Source: Syncephalis fuscata S228 (lineage: Eukaryota; Fungi; Zoopagomycota). Taken from it: a stretch of 64,000 nt of DNA. Below the pieces are notes generated by a model. That model did not search any database. It was not told where the DNA came from and saw only the letters and a list, made by a program, of their open reading frames with translations. Shown piece after piece: positions 54,968 to 64,000 of the stretch (the first letter of the stretch is position 1; every line of letters starts with the position of its first letter). The stretch is from NCBI GenBank assembly GCA_025786725.1, contig JAHLTZ010000032.1, positions 248,328-312,327 of the forward strand. Reading direction: 5' to 3'. The position numbers were made by a program, and so were the translations under genes.

Positions 54968-55604
54968 GCTTTTATTTTTGTTTTAAATTATTTGTTTATT
55001 GCTCAGTTACCATTCTTATAACTGTTATTTTGCATAAATTTATAGACAAAATATTACTATTACTGTTTATATTCATATTGCTATAATTTAATTCAAATAA
55101 TAAAAACAGTCTTTAAAATAAATTAAGTTTAATACATACTAATAGGATAGATACTAAAAAATATCACATAATTACTATATTCATACTCTATACTCTATCT
55201 ATCATGACAATGTCATTCTATCATGTTTTACGCAATCAAGCCTTATTCATTTATTATGATGTATATTAGCATATTGTTTACTGATTATACACCATTTATA
55301 AAAACTGTTTGTTTATTACCAGCTTTATTTATTTTAGATATTAATTCATTTCGCTATCATGTAAAATATAGGTTTATTACCAATATTTACGCATTTTATG
55401 CTATTTTATTATTTATAAACACATAATATTAATAAAAAAACACTTTTAAAGCCATAGTTTACTGCTAAGCAGTGATATTTCCTCATTAGCTACTATACAT
55501 TACAATATCATTTTGTTGTTTTTTTATTGGTATATACATAAACGTCAAATAAAACGCTGTTTGATTATATAAGCTACAATATCTAAAATCAAAGTTTAAC
55601 ATTA

Positions 55605-56600
55605 CTATAGTGTGTGATATGTCGAATATTCAGTGTCGAGCTGCGAATGACCAGGTATATGAGTGGTTTTTGGACGATTAGATAGTTTGGTAGCATTTTT
55701 ATGCGTTTACAATGGTTGTTCAGTAATGTGCTAACAACCACCCTATCGTGCATGTGTTAGCGAGGCATTATAAATTGTCGGCCACACTTACCAATCTCCA
55801 GTAAAAAATAAATCAGCATTACTTCCGCCTATTTGAAGCGGTATGCAGATACAGCAGATAATATTGAATAGAGCGGCAAGAAACATTATTTGAATACCAT
55901 CGTGTGCCAATCGTTTCCACGCTTCCGATCCAAGCGCACGATACTGTTGCAAAGCCGTACGACAAAAGACGGCAGAAAGAAGTACATTAAGCGGTATTAT
56001 AGTTACGGTCCAGACCCAAATAAAAAACGGCGGATAATGAATAGCACAGCCATTTGGTACATCCAATGTGGCAAAACAGCCAAATATTACCATAAAAGCA
56101 AAACTTAGTTGCGGCAGAATTAGTGGAATACACGTATATAAAACCCATTTTTTTCGGTAAAGAATTAGATATGCCTTCTGAAGCAATATCAAGCTATTAC
56201 AAAAATATGTAACTGACATTCCAAATCCGATGGACCATATTAAATATCGACAGTTAAAGCAAAAGCCTAGATACACCAGTATAAATGTTGTAATAGTGAT
56301 AACACCCGTAGCTGAAGGAATAAAACAGCACCAAGAGGCGAGAAGATGTGGACGGTTGAGAACCATTTTGGCTGAGATATATACATTGAGTGCGATAACG
56401 GGGAGGGCTCCCATTACAAATGCTATCTGGAATCTGATGCCTGAAAACTGGTCGTATTTTCTATTTCCGCTTTCAAAGCTTTGTACCTCGAAATCAAGCA
56501 AATTCATCTCGCCATATGGATGGAGTGGGATTCCCCATACTTTGGTGGCATTATTTTGCCATTCAAGCTCTTCTGGATTGCTATAGTTGAATACTGGCAT
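55605..56600 (-). CDS. Orphan multi-pass (7TM/GPCR-like) family, copy 1
   Basis: WGIPLHPYGE, WCCFIP, LQKAYL, CAIHYP, GSEAWKRLAHDGIQ; intron after DW; tail SNRPKT after correcting a 1-nt indel. Confidence 0.75.
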
Positions 56601-58066
56601 TGTAAAATGGTGGGAACTGATATCTAGGAATAAATGAAAATACAAGAATTATTATTTACAGAAAAAACTAAACCATTCTACTTTATACCATCTAAGCTCA
56701 AAGTTATCCAAGCACATTGTCTCGGCAATAAAACCGGTAATTATATGCAGTTTTAAACCAGTTCTACGCGTGAACTAAAGCATTGTCTGCTCAGATTTCC
56801 TTTATATATAATATCGGAATTAACCTCATATATGCAATGAATTGATTTTAAAGTATAACTGCCATATATATGGCACGATATTACAAAACTATGCACATTT
56901 CATGTATGTTAGTAGCTAAATGAATACAAGTACTTTAGAAAATGTACTGGAACCAAGAACCAATTTCCGATGGGTTTTCCAATCGTGCCACGTGATTGCT
57001 TAATTTGGCAGTAATGCACTAAAGTGTGTTTTTTTGCTATACACAATCGTCTCTCTGCTGGCTTGTGTGTCATAATATAATGAGAAATCTTACCAATATC
57101 ATGTATCATATTTTATCTTTATCGTCAAACTGATTATATTGTACTATACTAGTGTAGTATAATGACAGCTCATTACATCTATGTAATTAAAATTTAAAAA
57201 TCGATGAAATTAAGTAATACGAGCTATATACAAGCTGTGGCTAGTGAGTTGCTTTAAGATTGAATTATTCTAGAATTAAATAATTAAAAAAGATCCATTC
57301 AAAATGAGCATTAAAATATATTTATAGCAATATTGCACAAATACAGCTTCACTATTTTACAATAATGTGCTTAACTAATGGCATTTTATATGTAGTAAAC
57401 GCTTGTATAGTTGGTAATGATAATCGATGCATCACACAATACTTTAAATATCGCGATGTTGGCATTACAGCTTAACATGAGCTGCTTTGTAATGTGATTG
57501 TTTTAATTTTAACGTAAATGTTAGTTATAGTAAAATTTGATAGTTATGAATTATTGTGATCAGACTGATTGTTAATTTCAGTAGCAATCATTCGTGGTAA
57601 ACGCACCATAATTTGTTGATGTTTAAATTTTCGTAAGTGAATATGATAGCGTAGAGATTAAAATAATAAACAACAACTAAATTTATTTAAAATGCTGCTG
57701 GTAGTCTGGCATATTGGTGCATGTATTAAATCACTTAATTAGCAATTAATATATTTTGCTTTTGTGCAGAATAATACTATCACTTCAAGGTATAAAACTG
57801 TTTTAGGATGACTGACGATAAAGCATGTAAAAGATGGTAAAACTGCATGTGCAATGAGTCTATTTACACACAATCTTTGCTGCGTGCACTTGTTTTTCTA
57901 TATATGTCACCATTTACCGGTTTGTTATGCAGGCAACCAAGGCCGGCAAATCTAGCTTTTTACCATTGTCTTTTCGATTCCGCCGGCCTTATCCAATTTC
58001 ACTTACTCTAATTCACCTACAATCTTATAAGCGTCTTTGTATAATCATACTAAACATATCCCATTA

Positions 58067-59050
58067 ATGCCTATCATCAGCGATACCGATCCAGCAGAGG
58101 TCGAGTGGATAAAGAATGCCACTACACTGTGGGGAATTCCACTTCATCCGCTCGGTGAGCTAGATTTATACGATTTTTACACTCAAACAATTAGAGAATC
58201 ACCCGAAAAGCACCACTCAATGGCCGGCGGCAAACTTCAAGTGATATTTACTATAATAGTGCTATCTATACATGTACGAAATTTTATTGTTTCGAGTAAA
58301 ATGATAGCATCTTCTCCTCATTCGCTTGCCCCATGGTGCTGTTTAATATCTGCTTTTCTAGGCTTTGTGGCAGGCTCGACCTATATTTTTGCATTTTTAG
58401 GCCTTCTTCTAAAGTGCCGAGTCGTAGTATGGCTTGTTTTGTTTAAGCTAGCTTTGGTGTACTTTTTTAATAGCCTAATACTGCTACAAAAAGCCTATCT
58501 GGTACTGTATCGTAAAAAATGGATTATATACATTAGCATTCCATTTATGCTAATGCAGCTTGGTTTTGGCGTATTCAGCATATACTTTAGCTATGTCAAA
58601 TTAGAAGCAGAAGCCGACTGTACGCTACATTATGTATATACCTAATTTACTACTGGCTTGTAATTAGCATACCGCTCAATGTATTCTTCTCTGTTATTTT
58701 CTCCCGTGTCGCATTTCAACAGTATTCGGTGTATGGATCGGATGCATGGAAGCGATTAGCACGAGACGGTATTCAAGCAATGTGCTTGGCAGTATTTTGC
58801 AATCTATTTTTCTGTGCACTGCTCATGTTTCAGATAGGCAAAAGTAGATCAGATAACTGTTTCGTCTTGGATCTGTAGGTACTATACGATTATTATTTCA
58901 ACTTACTAATACACTTTTAGAGTAATTGTCACCACTATATTGGTCAACCATTGCCAAAACATGCGTAAAGTCAGCAGGATCTCCAATCGTCCAAAAACCA
59001 GCTATATACCTGGATATTCACAAATTGACACTGAAAACAGCAAACAATAA
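58067..59050 (+). CDS. Orphan 7TM-like family, copy 2 (frameshift near 58640)
   Basis: WGIPLHPLGE, PWCCLI, LQKAYL, CTLHY, GSDAWKRLARDGIQAM; same intron; HCQNMRK..SNRPKTSYIPG. Confidence 0.75.
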
Positions 59051-59837
59051 TACTTTATAATAGAGACTCTGTTGCCAAAATAGTATTAATAAATACTTTA
59101 GTTTAAATATCATGTTTTGCACATGCATAAACAATGCTTGAATTTTATTTGTTGTTCGGGACAGTTTAAAAAAGCCAAAAAATGATAATAAACAGTTAAG
59201 CCTCTGTGTTTTTTCTGTGCTTTCTCTGCATTTAGTATGATGTTACAGTTACTATTCAACTTAATTAAATAGAGCTGTGTAGTAAAATGATTAAAAATAA
59301 TTGGTCGGTGTATAGTCATCAACTTGAAAATTAGTTATTGTCAGCTTTTACAACATATGCATGACACCAGCCATAACACGATTTATATTTTAAAACTTTT
59401 GCCATTTATAGGAATATATAGAAAGAGAAAAACAAAGGTCCCACAATCCTTAGTATTTAGTTAGAAATCGTTCCAAAAAAGGCTATTTTTGTAACCACTG
59501 TGTAAATACAAAATATCTCGACAAGCTGCTTGTACTGTGAAGGCACATATAAATTATAATGCATCACGGTCGCGCTACCACGTCCCAACTTCAGTACAGT
59601 ATCTGCCGCTTTGGATGAGCGACTGGGTTATCGTCTAGGTAGAGCAACATTTGGATGCAAGTTCAAATGTGCCAGCCTTTGAGTCTGACCTTTGCCTATT
59701 ATACTCCGCATTGTTTAGAATTATGTGCTGGTACAAATTTATCATTGCATTTTTAACAAAGTATAAGTATAGTAATAAATATCAGCTTAGTTTTATTATT
59801 TAGACTTTGCTAAAGGTAAGGTAGTTATAATGCTTCA

Positions 59838-60819
59838 TTAGATTGCAGAACTTGCGATATGAAATTGTGACTGTCCAGGAATGTAGCTAGTTTTGGACGA
59901 TGTGAAAGATTGGTGACTCGTCGTATATCTGGCAATGATGAGTCAATATTGTGCTGACGATTACCCTGAGCAATAGTCAATAAATAGTAACTATCAGCGT
60001 AATAGTACTTACCAGTCTCCGGGGAAAAAGTAGGTCAGCATTGACTCCACCCACTTGAAATTCAATACAAAAATAACAGAATATGTTGCAGAATACGGCC
60101 AGACACATTGCTTGAATGCCGTCACGCGCCATCTTTTCCAAGCATCCGATCCATATGTGCGATATTGTTGGAATGCAATACGGCAGAAGATAATAGAGAA
60201 GATTACATTGAGCGGTATGGTAATACTGAACCAGTACCACATCAGGAAAGATGAATAGTGTGCAACGCAGCCTGTTTCCGCTTCCAGAGTAATGTATGTG
60301 TAAAATATAGAAAGAAATGGGTACGGCATTTGTAATAATATTGATGGAATACCAACGTATAGCACCCATTTCTGTCGACAAAGTATTAGATAAGTCTTTG
60401 AAGTACTATTAACCATTGCACGTATAAACTACAGTTATTCCGAATACAATGGCCCACAAGACGTATCGGCAAGTAAAGAAAATGCCTAGCTGCACCATTA
60501 TAATAAGCAAGCCGGTTAAGATGCCCAAAAATGCTGGGATCAGACAGCACCATGGAGCAAGTATTCGTGGCCGCTCGACTACCATTTTAACGGAAATAAC
60601 AAAATTATTGAAAACAATAGAGAGCATCATAATGGTAAACACTATCTGAAATTTGCTTCCAACTAAACGATGGCGCTGTTCCTGCAGATCGTTGGGTGTC
60701 TGCATATAAAAGTCAAATATATTCATTTCACCAAGTGGATGGAGAGGAATGCCCCAAAACGTCTTGGCATCCTTCATCCACGCGGTTTCTGTAACGTTGG
60801 TATAATCGATAGACGGCAT
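59838..60819 (-). CDS. Orphan 7TM-like family, copy 3 (several frameshifts)
   Basis: WGIPLHPLGEM, PWCCLIP, CVAHY, GSDAW..ARDGIQAMCLAVFCN, FPGDW then intron. Confidence 0.7.
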
Positions 60820-61729
60820 TAGTGAATTATTATAATGTATAAAATAATAACAAATATTTTAAAGACTGAGGTAAGCTAGTACAAAGTGAAAAAGAAACGA
60901 TACTCATTTAATGGCGAACTAATCAACAAGCCATTTAATAATACCATGCCTTGTGGCTATGCATGTTAAACCGGTATTCAATCCTCGTTTGTCCTTGCAC
61001 TAAAATCAACAAACTAATGCACACGACTATTGTATCATCTGCCTTTTTTACACTAGAAAATAAGTCTGCTACACTATTGCATATCTTACTAGTATGAGAT
61101 TGCTATTATGTTCTGTTTATGAATATTGCACACGATCGATTGATTTTTGAGATATGTAAAATTATGTGGTGACTTAATGTAGCAATCAACTGCAAATCCA
61201 TCCAAAGGTTTGTTATACATACTGCCAATTAGTACAAACTGTTTACCTGCTTTGAGTCCCCTCAGGTGACACGAAACCGCATGCATACTGCAGCTAAACG
61301 TCACGTGCAGGCTTCGTTTCGTTGTTTTTTCGTAATCCACCTTGAATGATAGCGCGAGGCTTTGATGAAATCAACGCCAAGTGGCTGTGTGGACTGATTC
61401 CATGTTACCAGGCCGATGAATCAAACGCTGATAACGCATACGGTGGTAGCATTTAATAAGCTGATACAATTTCAATAGTTTTCAATAAATGATCTAACGC
61501 TAAAACTATATTAAAGCAATAAACCCCATAAAATATTGCTTGGTACATAAAATGTTTGCAGCATTTGTATTCAATTCTATTAACATTTGTATGTGTAAAT
61601 TATTATGAAAAGTTATGCTTTATTCTACCTTGAAATTACTGCATTGCTTTCGCCAACATATATGAAATAAAAACAGCAACTTTGAATACTACTTTACTAC
61701 GTTGAAAGTAGTTTTGAATCAGTTTTAAG

Positions 61730-62707
61730 TTAAATCCTTGAGCTGGCAATGCCAATCTGAGAGCTTCCATGTAGATAGCTGATTTTTGGACGATGTGAAA
61801 AATTGGTGACTTGTCGCATATTTTGGCAATGGTGGGTCAGTATTGTGCTGACGATTACCCTAAGCAATAGTTAGTAAATAGTAACTATCAGCGTAATAAT
61901 ACTCACCAGTCTCCGGGGAAAAGTAGGTCAGCGTTGATTCCGCCTATTTGAAATGCTATAACAAACCAGCAAAAAATATTGCACAATACAGCCAAACACA
62001 TCGCCTGAACGCCGTCGCGTGCCAAACGCCTCCAGGCATCCGAGCCATGCGTGCGATATTGTCGAAAGGAAACGTAGCAGAAAATAGCAGAGAGCAATAG
62101 ATTAAGCGGCAAAGTGATACCAAGCCAGTACCATATAATAGCCGGAGGGTAATGCGCAACACAGCCGGCTTCTGTCTCTATCGTGACATAGGTGAAACAA
62201 ACACTAAAAATAGGATATGCTAGTTGAGGCACCATCGATGGGATGCCAACGTACAGCACCCATTTTTGCCGACAAACAATCAAATATGCCTTCTGAAGCA
62301 GTATCAATCCATTGGAGATGTACACTATAGATATTCCAAACACAATGGCCCATAAAACATCTCGGCAATGAAAGATGTAGTCCAACTCCATCATTATGAT
62401 AATCAAACCAGTTATTATGCCCAAAATAGCAGGAATCAGGCAACACAAGAAGATAGCACACGTGGCGATTCACCACCATTTTGATAGAAATATCAGGTGT
62501 TGAAACGATAGCAATCATTATGACGGTGAATATTATTTGGAATCTATTGCCCGCCAATTGATTGTGTCGTTCTTTTAGATTGCCAGGTAGTTGCGTGTAG
62601 AAATCAAATACACTCATTTCTCCGGTGGATGAGCGGAATTCCCCATAGTCATCAGCATCCTTAATCCACTCCGTCTCTTTTAGATTGCTATAATTGATGA
62701 TTGGCAT
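61730..62707 (-). CDS. Orphan 7TM-like family, copy 4 (frameshifts in 5' part)
   Basis: MPIINYSN.KETEWIKDA, CCLIPA, LQKAYL, CVAHYP, GSDAWRRLARDGVQAM, FPGDW then intron. Confidence 0.72.
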
Positions 62708-63839
62708 TAATGATTTTTGTATAATATATGGGTAAATATAGAGCTGTATAAATATTACTAAAAACAAACCGAAGAAAGAGGATGCAATAGCGAGGATACC
62801 GACTAACCAGCTGTTCCATAATAACCAACTATACTTATATGCTGTTTTCAGATCTAATTAAATGTTAAACTTGCTTGTGTGCATGCAAAGTAAACCGGTA
62901 AGTGAACACAACTCATTTTTGCAAAACAACAGGTGAACAATATGTACGATAGCCTTACAACCTGTTTCACCATTTGCAAATCAATGCGATTCGTTCCATC
63001 GTGCTTAATTAACGTAAAATAATGGTCATACTAAGGGTACTCGTATAATGAATGAAAATTTGCCTCGTTGTACATACGAGACTCTTTAACATTTCTACTT
63101 AGTGGTATTTAGTGACTTTATGTAACAACTTGTAAACATTATTAATAAATTATTAAAAATCGCGTGGTTTTTATGCTGAGTCTTTAAATGGTGTCAAGAA
63201 GCATACAAGCAGTAACCAAGCAATACAACTTCGTCCATCGTGTTAATGACCCGTCACGTTCTTGGCTAGTACATTAGCATAGGATTACAGCGGGTTTTGC
63301 ATGCACTGTGATGGCGGTAATTCAACAACAGTACAAACTCATAGTCGTAAATATTGTATTAATGGTTGATTTGACTGATGTAGCATGCATTCTGGTCATT
63401 AAGCGCAATAATATTGATTATCCAAATAATCTATAATTGACACTATTGCTGTATGTTGCTATAATCAGTTTTATATATTTTGCAATCAAGCTATACTGCT
63501 AATACTGTATTGTTTCATGTTAACCTAAAAGTCACACTTGACAAATAAAATCTGCAAACAAGTCTTATGTTTATACAGCTTGATTGATAACAAACTTCTT
63601 GTAACCATTTCTATTGAGCAGAAAGGAACATGATAAAACGTATGTGTAAACTATTAATACCACAGTAAAGCGTAGAAAAACAGACACAAATGTTTGGCGT
63701 CTATGCTAATTTCTTGCTTTTTATATTATATCGAATATCAACTGAAATTAATTATTATTTTGCCCAAAATATATAAATACAATATTTAGCTAAAGTATTA
63801 TTAATACTATTTTGGCAACAGAGTCTCTATTATAAAGTA

Positions 63840-64000
63840 TTATTGTTTGCTGTTTTCAGTGTCAATTGTGAATATCCAGGTATATAGCTGGTTTTTGGAC
63901 GATTGGAGATCCTGCTGACTTTACGCATGTTTTGGCAATGGTTGACCAATATAGTGGTGACAATTACTCTAAAAGTGTATTAGTAAGTTGAAATAATAAC
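63840..64000 (-). CDS. Orphan 7TM-like family, copy 5 (last exon only; continues beyond the window)
   Basis: Reverse complement nearly identical to the copy 2 last exon, intron end and 3' UTR (58891-59110). Confidence 0.75.

Noticed and set aside
59625-59680. tRNA-like fragment (TAGGTAGAGC...GTTCAAAT)
   Set aside because: No room for an anticodon arm and the stems are poor; no cloverleaf.

Overview
Gene-dense, AT-rich eukaryotic DNA with many short (~55-90 nt) introns. It looks like an early-diverging fungus, most likely a Zoopagomycota mycoparasite such as Syncephalis (inference from gene content, intron style and lineage-type families; not database-checked). Bases 1-39 kb and 44-54 kb hold mostly conserved housekeeping genes: CSTF2/RNA15, SND2, a divergent 14-3-3, MED27, ASF1, RPL26, a base-exchange PS synthase, TMEM70-like, BMT6, a Mek1/Chk2-type FHA kinase, BUD20, UreD, an EED/LRWD1-like WD40, an LEA-like membrane protein, a GPI protein, a spermidine-synthase-like methyltransferase, two TMEM184, UBE2Z, IBTK/btb1, HEM15 and an MPD1-like PDI. 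Notable points: (1) two clear U12-type AT-AC introns (BUD20, RTF1) plus a third, odd AT-AC intron in CSTF2 whose U12 donor motif appears split or displaced; (2) a ~0.83 kb near-identical direct repeat containing several long predicted RNA stems, flanking HEM15+PDI; (3) an array of at least five paralogous orphan multi-pass (GPCR-like) genes, the four complete ones sharing an upstream TACCGGTTT motif; (4) an island with a secreted PLD and a secreted pseudokinase next to a 5'-truncated RTF1; (5) a 58-aa secreted peptide gene missing from the ORF track, behind a CATG-rich promoter. Many 1-nt frameshifts, including in HEM15, suggest consensus indel errors in the assembly. Exon boundaries were read by eye.
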